Source: Macrostomum lignano
Lineage: Eukaryota
Length of the DNA stretch: 64,000 bases
Direction: 5' to 3'
Assembly (NCBI GenBank): GCA_002269645.1
Contig: NIVC01002868.1
Span: forward strand, 62,001-126,000
Shown here: positions 38,602 to 50,245 of the stretch, in pieces
Numbering within the stretch: position 1 is the first letter of the stretch
Layout: each line of letters begins with the position of its first letter
Made by a program: the position numbers and the translations under genes
Notes under the pieces: model-generated
The model's input: the letters and a program-made list of their open reading frames with translations, nothing else
What the model was told of the DNA's origin: nothing
Databases searched by the model: none

Positions 38602-41371
38602 CGAGTGGAACTCCTCCTTCGGAGGAGAAAGGGGAAGAACTCCCATCACCGGAATTCTATTCCCTGAAATATCCATCAACTGAAATTCCATGTCTTTAAC
38701 CCTATCTTCCAAATCGTCTCCAAATTCTTTACAAAATCTTTCAAAGACCATAGCTCAAAGACTCTTACGTCTCTCATATCTACTCTCTCCTCTCTTCGCT
38801 ATTATCGTGACTCGCTTCTCTCTCCTCTCTCTCATCTCATCTCTACCCCTACTCTCTTATTTATCTCTACTCCCTTATTTATCTCTTCTCCCTCGTCTTT
38901 CGTCTGTACCCTATCCTGTCTACTCTCCTATCTTCTATCTTATCTCTCCCCTTTTCTCTCCTCTCTCATATCTAATCTCTAATCACTTATCTATCGTCTC
39001 CGCTCTACTTTCTCTCTTCTTTTTTCTCTCTTCTCTCTGCTCTCATTTCTCGTATCTCTTATACGCTCTCACCCTCTCCTTTCTTATCTCCCATCTTTCT
39101 TCCCTCCTTTCTACTGCATCACCTGTCTCCTCTCTTCTCTTTTCTCTCCTCTCCATTCTCTCTTCTCTACTCTCATCTCCCCTCATCTCTTCTCTAATCT
39201 CTAATCTCTTCTCTCTCTTATTTTCTCACTCATCTCTTTTCTCATTGCATCTCTCATCTCTCCTCTCTCTCTCTCCTCTCATCTGTACTATCTTTTTTAT
39301 CTCTTCTCCCAGGTCTTTCAAATTTACTCTCTCCTGTCTCCTCTCTCCCCTCGTCTTTCCTCTCTCATATCTCTTCTCTACTCACTTATATATTCTCTCT
39401 CCTCTGCTCCCCTTTTACACTTTCCTATATGCTCTCACTCTCACCCTCCCCTTTCTTATCTGCTGTTTTTACACTCCTTTCTACCACCTGTCTCCTCTCG
39501 TTTCTCTCCTCTCTGCACTCTCATCTTTACCCTCTTCTTTCTCCTCACTACTTTCTTCTCTTAAATCTCTGATCTCTGATCTTTCATCTCTCTCCTCTCA
39601 CCTCTCACCTCTCTCCTCTGTTTCCTCTCTTCTATTGCCTCTGTACGCTCTTGTCCCTCCTTTCTTCTCCATCCTGTCTCCTCTCTGCAATCTCATATCT
39701 CCTCTCTCATATCCTCTCCCTTCATCTCCTCTCTCCTCTTCTCTTCTCTCTCCTTCGTTCCCGCCTTACTTTCCTCTTCTCTCCCATCTGTCATGTCTAA
39801 TCTCTCCACTCATTTCTACTCTGTTTTCTATCATCTCATCTCTCTTCTCTTTTCATTCTTCTCTTTACTCTCTTCTCTGACTGATTGAAGATGCCAAATC
39901 CATCAAGATCCTCTCCGCGAAGCAGAAATCCTGTCCGTGCAACTGAAAACCATCGAAATCCTCTCCGTGAAACTGGACTCCTTCGAAATCCTCTCCTTGA
40001 AACTTAAATCCATCAAAATCGTCTCCATAAAACAGAAATCAATCATAAATTATCTCCGCGAAACAGAAATCCTCTCCGTGAAGCTGAACATCATCGAAAT
40101 CCTCTCCGTGAAACTGAACACCTTCGAAATCCTCTCCGTGAAACTGAACACCTTCGAAATCCTCTCCTTGAAACTTAAATCTATCAAAATCGTCTCCATA
40201 AAGCAGAAATCAATCATAAATTTAACTCCGCGAAACAGAAATCCTCTCCGTGAAGCTGAACATCATCAAAATCCTCTCCGTGAAACTGAGCACCATCGAA
40301 ATCCTCTCCACGAAACAGAAATCCTCTTTGTCAAAATTAAAACATTGAAATCGTCTCCGCTAAACTGGACTCAATCAATTTTTTCCGTCAAACAACTCAA
40401 CTCTCCGGATTCATTGGTTAGGGTTAGGGTTAGGGTTAGAACTACGCACAGCTTCGTGTTAAAAGGCACTGATAAACTATTGAACTAATTGAATCAATTC
40501 ATTGCGCAACCGATTTCACAGTCAGTCAGTATCAGTCTCAGTTAAAGTTAACAAAAACATTGCGCAATCTAAATCAACCCTCCAATACAAAGCAACTGAC
40601 CCCCTTCCTATACACAGCGCCAGTTGGAAGTCGAAACCCCCAACTTTATCTCTCACCTCTCGCCAAAATGAGTACAATCTTTGCAGAAAGTTTAAAGTAT
40701 GGAAATAGTTTTTGCAATGCAGAGCTTTTAGTTTTCATATTTGAAGCAAACAATTTATATCCCTGAAATCAGCTTTGCAAGTTCTTTCCAGCAATATAAA
40801 TTTTTTCTCTCAAAGTTAAAAACTCGAGCAACAGTTTGCGTTTGAAACTTTCTGATTTAAAGCATTGAAATATCGATTGTACGTTCACTGCCTGCTAAAG
40901 AGGCCCGCAAGTTTATGCATTGAATTTCAAGGTTCAACAAAATCACAGGGCTGCCTATTGAAAATTAGAACACAAATCTTTGCGCAATTGTCTATACAGT
41001 CAGCCAGTGAGCCAGGGTCCGATTGTACACATGCAGCCATTTAGAACGCCCCATCCCCCCACTGGAGAGAAAATACACTGCAGAGATAGGGAAAAGTTGT
41101 GGCGCAATCACTTGAAATTCATGCAAATTTTCAGCTCCAAGCAGAAAGAGGGGACAATTAAGATTATCAAAGGTCAAGACCGCCGTTTTCTGCTTTTTTG
41201 AGGATCTTAGAAATTAAAATTTCAGAATTAAAATAGCCTATAGCCGACCTCGGATAATTTCCAATCTTCCCATATAAGTTTCAACGCTGAGTTGCCACTA
41301 TTCAAGGAGGAGTTGTCGAAATGACAGACAGACAGACAGACAAACAACACGTCAACTTTAGTATATATAGA
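38602..41371 (-). mobile_element. Diverged family D unit with expanded internal repeats
   Basis: 5' TCTATATATACTAAAGTTGAC at 41371; 3' hairpin CTCCTCC-GAA-GGAGGAG + CTCG at 38605-38602; ~30-bp GAAATCCTCTCCGTGAAACTG repeats at 39900-40390. Confidence 0.75.
38690..39880. repeat. CT-rich cryptic simple sequence
   Basis: About 1.2 kb almost devoid of G on the + strand; the Ser/Leu ORF here is a composition artefact. Confidence 0.9.
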
Positions 41372-41459
41372 AGAAGATAGAGAGGAGGATGACAATTCGC
41401 AAAAAAGGATAAAAATGCCCATAGCCTGCTGTTAGTAGGCTAGTAAGTTTAGAGCCCAT

Positions 41460-43040
41460 GTGCTAGCGCGGGATTTGGAAAAAAAGTGCGTCCTCATCAG
41501 ATCTTCCTCAGCCAGACCTGTAAGCAGGGAAGATTTCAATACGAAGGTAAGAGCTTTGAAAAATCTGAGCCGCAGGTACAATAGGCTTCCATCGGCTCAT
41601 GCCAAGTCCAAGAAGGGTGCGAAAGCTATTGAAATCTTACAACGTTCTCTTCAAAACTCTTCAAATCATTGCGCTCAAAGCATAGGCAAATTAAGCGAAG
41701 AGCGAGAACCCTGATGGAGGCAATCGGAGAGTTGAGGAAAAAGAGCATTCTGAATGAAGCGGCTGCTTTGCGCCTGAATTTTTTGACCTCGAATTCTTTG
41801 ATTAGCAGCATTTTGCCTCAAAGCAATAAGCGGACAAGAAAGTTTCCTACTGAAGTGCGAAAATTCGCGTCCACCCTGCACTTCTACAGCCCCAAAGCCT
41901 ATGAATATGTCAGAGCGTCTCTTCGTAGATGGATTTCAAACGCTAAATGTTTCGACGATGGCACAGCCTTTGACTACTGCAATGTAGTGGCCGATGAGAT
42001 GTAATTTGAATCAATGATTGAATGGAATTCGAATGAAGGCATGTTCTTCGGCTATGTTGACAAAGGGGATGGCAAGGCAAGTGATCAGGAGGCGACGTCG
42101 GCATTGGTAGTGATGGCTGTGGGTCTGAAGAACTACTGGAAGTTGCCATTGGGTTATTTTCTAGTAAATGGTGTGGATGGTGAATTAATGTCTAGTGTTG
42201 TAGAAGAATCAAGGATCACGTTGTCACCACATCGCTCACATGCGATGGAACGCAGCACAACATTCGAGCTATTGAACTTCTTGGGGCTAAAATTAGTTCT
42301 CCGGACTCAATTGTCGCCACGTTCCCTCATCCTTGTGACCCAAGCATTCAGGTTTCTGCCTTCCTCGATCCGCCTCATATGTTGAAGCTGATTCGCAATC
42401 AGTGGCAATCAATGGGCACGATAGTTTGGCCGAATAAGGGGAATATTGATTGGAAATATGTTTCACTACTGCATCAAGTTCAGGATAGTCACGGGCTCAA
42501 ACTGGGAAATAAACTAAGCAGGCATCACATCAACTTTGCCAATTTAAAGATGAAGGTCTATTTGGCATCCCAGCTTTTAGTAAGTCAGTTGCTGACTTCC
42601 TGCAGTGGGTACATCAGCAAGCTTTGGCCGGATTCGAGCACCATGATGTACTTGTGACGGCAGATTATATTTAGCACGACGCCTTTAACTCCAAGCGACT
42701 AGTAAATTACGGGGCCAAAATGGCTCTAAGAGCTGACAACCAGTCGGACTTTATTGACTTCTTTACTGACTCGATAAAGCTTCTCGGAAGTCTTGAAAAT
42801 CTGTCTGGACGCAAAATTGTTGAAACTGCAAAGAAAACAGGCTTTCTCGGCTTCATGGTGAATTGTGAGGCTGTTATGGCCCTTGCCAAGTATTTGTTTT
42901 CAAGTTGTGCTTTTTTCTTTATTTGCACTTACGGGTTGTCGCAGGATTTTCTTGAGTTATTTTTAATGCCGTCAGGCTTCGAAACGGCTGGAATCACAAT
43001 CTGACTCTGAGACAGTTTTGCTCAGCCTTTAGACAGTTAC
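41460..43040 (+). pseudogene. Degenerate P-element/THAP9-type transposase
   Basis: Fragments FASTLHFYSPKAYEYVR, DEM, FFGYVD..WKLPLGYF, TCDG, DPPHMLKLIRN, MKVYLASQ, KTGFLGF and LSQDFLELF are spread over several frames with stops; no THAP domain is seen. Confidence 0.88.
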
Positions 43041-43133
43041 TAGTGCACGCTGGAGGTGGAATTCTCCAATTGACTAGTCCCAATGTTAAGCAACAGGATG
43101 CCACTATTCAGTTCTCATTATCTTGTCTGCCTT

Positions 43134-43352
43134 CGTCACCAAATCAGCGCCAGGATCTCAAAATCAGCGCCGGAATGCTGAAATCAGCGCCAAAAGGCCC
43201 AAACCAGCGCTGGAAAGCTCAAATCGGCTCTGGATAGCTACAATTGGCGCGTAAAAGCTCGAATTGGCGCCTGAAGCCAAATTTGGCGCCAGGATCCCCA
43301 AATCAGCGCCAGGATCTCAAAATCAGCGCCGGAATGCTGAAATCAGCGCTGG
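43134..43352. repeat. Short AAATCAGCGCC-based repeats including a ~52-bp direct duplication
   Basis: AAATCAGCGCCAGGATCTCAAAATCAGCGCCGGAATGCTGAAATCAGCGC at ~43139 and ~43301. Confidence 0.8.
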
Positions 43353-44000
43353 AACGGCGCACAAATGGCAGCGTATATCAGCTTGCTTTCAGTGCCAATT
43401 TTAGCGCCCTGGCAAGATCAATGCAGCGCTCACGCGGAAAATATTTTTTGAGAGAGCAGTGAGAGAGAAAGCACAGCGAGCACAGCGCAGAGCCAATCCA
43501 AGCCTGGAGCGGCCCCTCCACGATGCGTTCACTAACCCAGAGTAAAATCCCCACGCTTCCCCTTACGCTACTCCCCACGTAAAAAGTCACAAGCGCAGTA
43601 CTTTACAAAACGCGTGGCTCAGTTGGCCAGGCATTTCTACGTCACTAGAACAGTCACTAATATCAGCGTTGAAAAAAGCGGAACTTCGTATGCCGTACAG
43701 GATAAAAACTGCACATTGCGTACTTTCACGTAATCTCGGCCTGTACATGTAATGCAAGTACATGGCTATAGACATGTATTCCGGGATTGCAGTAAATACA
43801 GCCCACATGTATGTACTGTACCTGAATGTACTTGTTAACTCTATCTGAGAACACAAAATGATTGCTGTGAAGATAAAAATCCGTAGTGCCTAGTTTATTC
43901 GCAATATTTTACTTCGTATAAACCACTGCCGCTGCGACCCCTGTAGTTTCGTTCGCTATTTACTCCCAAAGCTATTTGCTCACTGAATTTCGGGACAGGA

Positions 44001-45617
44001 ATGGACACCAAAGCGACGTGCTTCGTGAGACTGTGCAGAAATCCGTCAGCCAGTAAGTCTCCGATCTCGGACCAGCCGCTCTGTGAGCACCATCTGCAGG
44101 CCGACCTGCGCAGGTGCGAGAATGCGGAGGCCGCTGTCGCGGATAGAATCGCTCACTTTCGCAATTACCAGCGCCCGCTGCGTCTCATGCAGCAGAGGCT
44201 GGCGTCCGACATGGAGCTTCTCTGTGACACCTTTCAAGATCTGCGCGACTCATTCGAAAAGTGCCAGGCGGAGCTCACTGAAGCCGTCAACAAGCACTAC
44301 GAAAAGATGTCGGAGTCTCTTGCGACTCTAGCTGTAGTTGACGAACTTGAGACGGAGTTCAGGACAGCGAAAAACGAGAGAAACCTGAGACAGGCTTTCC
44401 TCATCACGGAGAATATGGACAAGTCGCTTGAGTCACTTGAGCTTAACTCAGAGCTTGTGTGCATGAATGAAGGGAAAACCGAGGTCACGATGGCTGCCTT
44501 CCCGGATGTCAACTCGATGGTTAGAAACCTGCAGATGAGCTTCGATATGTCGCTTCAGCTTGCTCAGAATTTGGTTAAAAGCCTTGATATTCGTGCTAGC
44601 AAAAGCCAGAGTGTCCCAAATACTGACGCAGTTCCAAAACAAAATAATATCCAACTCAGCGGAACCCCATCTTGCTTGACAGTGTGGAATAGCACTGAGG
44701 GCTTTGCTCTTGACGGTTCTGGTAGCATCGTTGGAGCTAAAACAGCGACTGGAGGTTGTAAATCGCGTACAAAGTGCGTGCCTCAACCAGGCTCGGAAGA
44801 TATCCAAATACCTCAGCCAGCTACTGAAGTCACCGAAACATCTCAGACAACTACTAAAGAGACCCAAGTGTCTGAAATACGTCAGCTGCCTCCCAAATCC
44901 ATTCTTGTCGCCGTGGATCGTTCTGCCAGCGAGAAAAATGTCGTTTTGGTTTCATTCGACTCTGAGGAGGTCGGCAAGGTACCCGGCAGCTGGGAGCAGC
45001 CCATCAGAGACCTTCACTCCGACACAAAACTGCAACTGCTGTTCATCGTCCAAGATCTACAGCTGATCATCGCCGACATGTGCGGAGTGGAGCAGTCTCG
45101 AGTCGGCGTCTCTGACCTGCAAGACGACGTGCAGAAGCTGCGCTGCATCGCCGGAGACTCTGACAAGCTGTTCATCCTCGCTGAGCGAGCTGACGGCAAG
45201 CCGGTGATTTTCGGACTGTCCAAGAAGTCGAATGAAGTCCAGCTGAAGCTCGCGGTGACCGGCATCGACAAGGCGGGCGCCAGGCCTCGCATTTCGGTGA
45301 GGGACCGCATGCTGTTCGTTGATGACGGTGAGAAGCTGCACACAGTGTGCTCGATCACTGGGATGCTGCTGGCCTCGAACAGTGTGCAGGACAAAGGAAA
45401 GTTCGACTTGAATGCTGAACTGCTGCGAGGCAACCGAAACATGGCCGCTCTCGTTGCTCAGCAGGTGAGCAGCGGCTTCGGAACGCCCTACTTCGGTGCT
45501 GCAATCAAAGTTCCGTTCAACGACGACTCGGTGATTGAGTTCAGCACCGACAGCAGGCGCTGCGTGGCCTTCGATGTGGCTAACAATTCCTTGAGACAGC
45601 GCGTCTTTGAAATCTGA
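44001..45617 (+). CDS. Intronless 538-aa protein of unknown function: N-terminal Cys/His cluster, coiled coil, low-complexity linker, beta-rich C-terminus
   Basis: Long non-repetitive ORF with GC-rich coding-like composition; CFVRLC..LCEHH followed by a heptad-rich helix. TRIM-like architecture is only a guess. Confidence 0.75.
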   Translation: MDTKATCFVRLCRNPSASKSPISDQPLCEHHLQADLRRCENAEAAVADRIAHFRNYQRPLRLMQQRLASDMELLCDTFQDLRDSFEKCQAELTEAVNKHYEKMSESLATLAVVDELETEFRTAKNERNLRQAFLITENMDKSLESLELNSELVCMNEGKTEVTMAAFPDVNSMVRNLQMSFDMSLQLAQNLVKSLDIRASKSQSVPNTDAVPKQNNIQLSGTPSCLTVWNSTEGFALDGSGSIVGAKTATGGCKSRTKCVPQPGSEDIQIPQPATEVTETSQTTTKETQVSEIRQLPPKSILVAVDRSASEKNVVLVSFDSEEVGKVPGSWEQPIRDLHSDTKLQLLFIVQDLQLIIADMCGVEQSRVGVSDLQDDVQKLRCIAGDSDKLFILAERADGKPVIFGLSKKSNEVQLKLAVTGIDKAGARPRISVRDRMLFVDDGEKLHTVCSITGMLLASNSVQDKGKFDLNAELLRGNRNMAALVAQQVSSGFGTPYFGAAIKVPFNDDSVIEFSTDSRRCVAFDVANNSLRQRVFEI

Positions 45618-46692
45618 ACTCCGACTGTCTTTGTGTAGCACAATCATACCGACTTGATATCGATTTTCAGTAGACTTTAGACTGGGCAGTAAACAAAAAG
45701 TAGTAAACGAAAATTTTATTTGAATTTAATTGTTATAAGTATGACTTTTTTTAGTTTTCAAAGCTTCCTTTTATTCGTAGAAATTTATTTAGACTGTCAT
45801 GTGCTCCTCATCATAATTCTCTGTCTGTTATCTTCCCAGCTTTTTCCCAATATTTATGCTATCATACGCGATTGATTAGCTGTTAGATTTTTCCATTAGA
45901 TAATTTTTAACCCTACTATCCCTACTTTGTGACAAGAGCTATCAGTTTATCCATACTTCCATTGTTATCTCGGTTGGTGTAAGAAACATGCGAGAGGTTG
46001 TCGGAAAGAAGCAACTTTGGTGTCATTTTACTTTTTTGAAAGTGACAGCGATTTGATGATTTTCAGGCTTGATGGTTTTTGAACCATTGATGTGAGTTAA
46101 TTAAATAGCTCAAACTGGATCTTCTGCTGTAATCTCCCAGATCGTTTGAGGAGGTGAGTTGGTGCCAGCAGGCTGTTCTGATGCGATTGACGCGATGCTC
46201 ACGCGATGGGGGAAGTGTGATGCTACAGATGGAGACTGTGTTGAGAAGGCTGCCTTAAGAGGGATAATGATGATAACTAAAGACAACAAACCGTTTCTAC
46301 ATGTATATTCGCTATCACTTCCATTGCTGGACTATCAGCGACATTGCGATGATTTTCCAAGCGTAGTTTTTTTAATAGAAGGATCATAACATACGAGGTC
46401 TAATTTAAAAAAAAATGAGAACTTTGTTGTTATTTTTAGGTGCTTTCGTTTTTGCCCTGGTAAGTGTCAGTAAGTTTGAGTGATCAGTACAAGTAATTTC
46501 GTTGGTGTCTTCTGGACAGAAAAATCAATAAATTTAACTTTGTAGCAATTAATTGTACCAAATTTAGTTAGAACAATAAAAAACCGTCCTACGAGTGCAC
46601 TACAATACTTAGACTGTCTGCAACGCAGCTATGACCCGCTATTCTTAAGCTTTTAAATTATCAATTTGCATCTCTAGCATCATATCTGCATC

Positions 46693-47820
46693 TGTTGGAT
46701 GTTGGATGTTGGATGTTGGGTGTTGGATGTTGGATGTTGGGTGTTGGGTGTTGAATGTTGGATGTTGGATGTTGGATGTTGGGTGTTGAGTGTTGGATGT
46801 TGGGTGTTGGATGTTGGGTGTTGGATGTTGGATGTTGGATGTTGGGTGTTGGATGTTGGATGTTGGGTGTTGGGTGTTGAATGTTGGATGTTGGATGTTG
46901 GATGTTGGGTGTTGAGTGTTGGATGTTGGGTGTTGGATGTTGGGTGTTGGATGTTGGATGTTGGGTGTTGGGTGTTGAATGTTGGATGTTGGATGTTGGA
47001 TTTTGGGTGTTGTGTTGGATGTTGGGTGTTGGATGTTGGGTGTTGGGTGTTGGATGTTGGGTGTTGGATGTTGGATGTTGGGTGTTGAATGTTGGATGTT
47101 GGATGTTGGGTGTTGTGTTGGATGTTGGGTGTTGGGTGTTGGATGTTGGGTGTTGGATGTTGGGTGTTGGATGTTGGATGTTGGATGTTGGATTTTGGGT
47201 GTTGTGTTGGATGTTGGGTGTTGTGTTGGATGTTGGGTGTTGGATGTTGGATGTTGGGTGTTGGGTGTTGGATGTTGGGTGTTGGATGTTGGGTGTTGGA
47301 TGTTGGATGTTGGATGTTGGATTTTGGGTGTTGTGTTGGATGTTGGGTGTTGGATGTTGGATGTTGGATGTTGGGTGTTGGATGTTGAGTGATGGGTGTT
47401 GGTGTTGGGTGTTGGATATTGGGTGTTGGGTGTTGGGTGTTGGATGTTGGATGTTGGGTGTTGGATGTTGAGTGATGGGTGTTGGTGTTGGGTGTTGGAT
47501 GTTGGATGTTGGGTGTTGGGTGTTGGATGTTGGGTGTTGGATGTTGGATGTTGGGTGTTGGATGTTGGGTGTTGGATGTTGGATGTTGGGTGTTGTGTTG
47601 GATGTTGGATGTTGGGTGTTGGATGTTGAGTGATGGGTGTTGGTGTTGGGTGTTGGATATTGGGTGTTGGGTGTTGGGTGTTGGATGTTGGATGTTGGGT
47701 GTTGGATGTTGAGTGATGGGTGTTGGTGTTGGGTGTTGGATGTTGGATGTTGGGTGTTGGGTGTTGGATGTTGGGTGTTGGATGTTGGATGTTGGATGTT
47801 GGATGTTAGATGTTGGATGT
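46693..47820. repeat. 7-bp satellite (TGTTGGA/TGTTGGG)
   Basis: Direct reading. Confidence 0.97.
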
Positions 47821-47931
47821 CGATTTTTTACCGTCCGGAGTTTCTAGGACAAAAAAACAATAAAATCCCGTTTAGATCAGTACTAGATAGATACCAAGAT
47901 AGATACCGACAGACCATTTTTAGTATATGGA
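47820..47931 (-). mobile_element. Helitron-like 5' end (TCCATATACTAAAAATGGTCTGTC) leading into the 7-bp satellite
   Basis: Matches the family A 5' terminus; no matching 3' hairpin/CTAG was found. Confidence 0.55.
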
Positions 47932-48338
47932 AGTTGTAAGCATTGCGATGGGGTGGTTGGTCTTAGGTGTTAGGGCATTATGTTTAGATAGATTTTAGTA
48001 GATGTTGATCTCACGGGGATTTGGGGGGGGGTGCTTGACCTTTTTTATCGCCCTTAGATGAGCGGTTGTAAGTATTGCATTGAGGTGCTTGATTTTATAT
48101 ATAAAAGCATTGTGTATAATGAGATTTTAGCAGATGTTGATCTCAGTCAAGTTGTCTACTCGTTGTGAAGTTGTCTACTCTTGAGTCGTTGTACATTAAA
48201 CAGCTAAAGCCCACCATGAACATCCAACTTAGTGGTAGAGGGGCGAGTGTCCATCTAAGGGTGTTCTGACCCCATGCGCTTGCCTCTTATTTAGGGCCAT
48301 TTAACTCGGTTACCCATACTGACAATCTTTTTGGCCTA

Positions 48339-48856
48339 CTAGACTTTAAATATTTTACCATCTCTCTGAAAATATATTATTGCCTTGCCTGAAGATGCCG
48401 ATTGTTCGGCGAAACATGTCGCGCGAAGATTGATCAATAAATTGTAATTTCGTAATTTCGTATTATCAAAGATAAAAATGCGAATGTTCGCCTTTGCTTT
48501 CATTTTCCTGACTTTCCTCAAACGGTGTACCTTACCTGGAATGTCATTATTAATCTGACTCATAAATATTGCTATAATGTGATTCTTTTATTTACATGAA
48601 CATTTTAAACTTTGCCCTTCATATTCCTTTTAACGCACGCCGGTTTCAGAGTCACTGGTTCCGTTTTTATTCCTTTCTTAGAAACTGATTGAATTTCATT
48701 TGATCCGTCCCTGTATCGTTTTAGTATCTGCTTTTCATTCTTGTTTTCTGAATCCATTAGCTTTCTCACGTTAAACTTACATGCATGCAGTAGACTGAGT
48801 AGCCACACAGAGTCTTTATTGATGTCTTTAATAATAAGTCGTAAGGTTCTGCACAA
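48339..48856 (-). pseudogene. Possible decayed OB-fold/RPA-like coding relic
   Basis: GKVHRLRKVR..IFIFDN..LRATCFAEQ..IYFQRDGKI weakly resembles RPA1 DBD-A (IRATAFNEQ..VYYFSKGTLKI); broken by stops. Confidence 0.3.
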
Positions 48857-48975
48857 ATTTATTTATGAGTTTATAAATGATTTGAGTTACTTCATTTTCA
48901 AGTTCATAGCGTCATCCGACTCATCCTGGTAACCAGCAGTAACATTGCGTCATTCCGTCATGACGGTAGCCACTT

Positions 48976-49115
48976 GACTTCATCCTGACCCACTGCTGAA
49001 CCTCACTAAATCATCCAGAACCACCCACTTTTCAGCCTCACAGTTTCATCCAGATCCACTGCTCAGCCTTACAGCTTCATCCAGACCCACTGCTCAATCT
49101 GACAGCTTCATTAGA
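48976..49115. repeat. Degenerate 31-bp tandem repeat (TTCATCCAGACCCACTGCTCAGCC..ACAGC)
   Basis: TTCAT recurs at 49045, 49076 and 49107. Confidence 0.75.
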
Positions 49116-49836
49116 GGCACCTAAACTGAAATTCAGAGGACAGCGTCACCATCTCAAAGCGAGGGGCACTTGCTCGTCAACTTTGAGCCCCTATTCCGTG
49201 CAGTGCCTGCTGAGCAGTCCTCAGAGAAACATGGACGTGAGATTGAAATTGTTGAAAAATCGAATTTGCTCAGATTTTGCTAAAATTGAATTCTAAAATG
49301 CATGGGATGATGGCGTGAGAAGTGACTAATGGCAGGAAAATCAAAAGAGAATGCAAAACATCTGCATCTCTTTCTCTAACAAAAGCAGCAGAAAAAGCAG
49401 ACAGTTGAGAGTGAAAGACACTGACAATGGGACACTCACGGATTAAACGAAGACAGAAAATTCACGCAAAAATGCATTCGAACAATCCGAAAGCTGCATT
49501 AAAATTCTACGCATCGAGGAGCAGCCACTGGTAGCAACCCAGCCTCCCCAAGGCATCGCACAACAAACAGTTGTCTCTGTCGCTTTGCAACAAGATTCTG
49601 AATTCAGAGTAAAAAGCAACAGAGAGACAACAAAGAATCTCTCTAAACCAATCCAAAGCCCGGCTTCATCGGGATCGACTGGCTCGACGCTGCGCCCCCT
49701 CCGCGCAGCCATCGCAACGCCGCCACCCCAAGATGAGTTGGGAAGCTGCATAAAGCCCGCAGTCCTGCAGCTGGCGAGAGGCACAAAAGCGAAAGCACAT
49801 CCCGTCTCCGTAAGACTCCCTACAGCCGCTCTGACC

Positions 49837-50245
49837 ATGCAGACTTTGTCAATTCTGCCGCTGATTCTCTGCTGTTGCATCGCTCTCGGCCACTCGCTGG
49901 GCGCTGAATTCGGCCTGTTAGGCTGCTTTGTGGACACCGGAGATCGAGATATCAACGGTCTGAATGGCTGGTCCACCATCGGGCCCTACTCAGTGACATG
50001 GAACTCCGGGGGGACAGTCGAACTCAGCAGCATGACTGTGCAGCTTTGCAGCGAAATCTGCGCCTATGGAAAATTCCGCTACTTTGGTGTTCAGTATTCA
50101 AGCTCTTGTTTCTGCGGAAACTCGTACGGCCGACACGGCAGGGCAGCCGACAGCGACTGCAACATGGAATGCTCTGGCAACACGGCCCAAATCTGTGGAG
50201 GGGCGTATCGAAACTCCGTGTACCGGCAGGTCTACAATCGTCCAG
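49837..50245 (+). CDS. Exon 1 of secreted WSC-domain protein (signal peptide + WSC)
   Basis: MQTLSILPLILCCCIALGHSLG signal, then GCFVD..MTVQLCSEIC..YFGVQYSSSCFCGN..CNMECSGNTAQICGG (WSC pattern); GTGAGC donor at 50246, phase 1. Confidence 0.88.
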
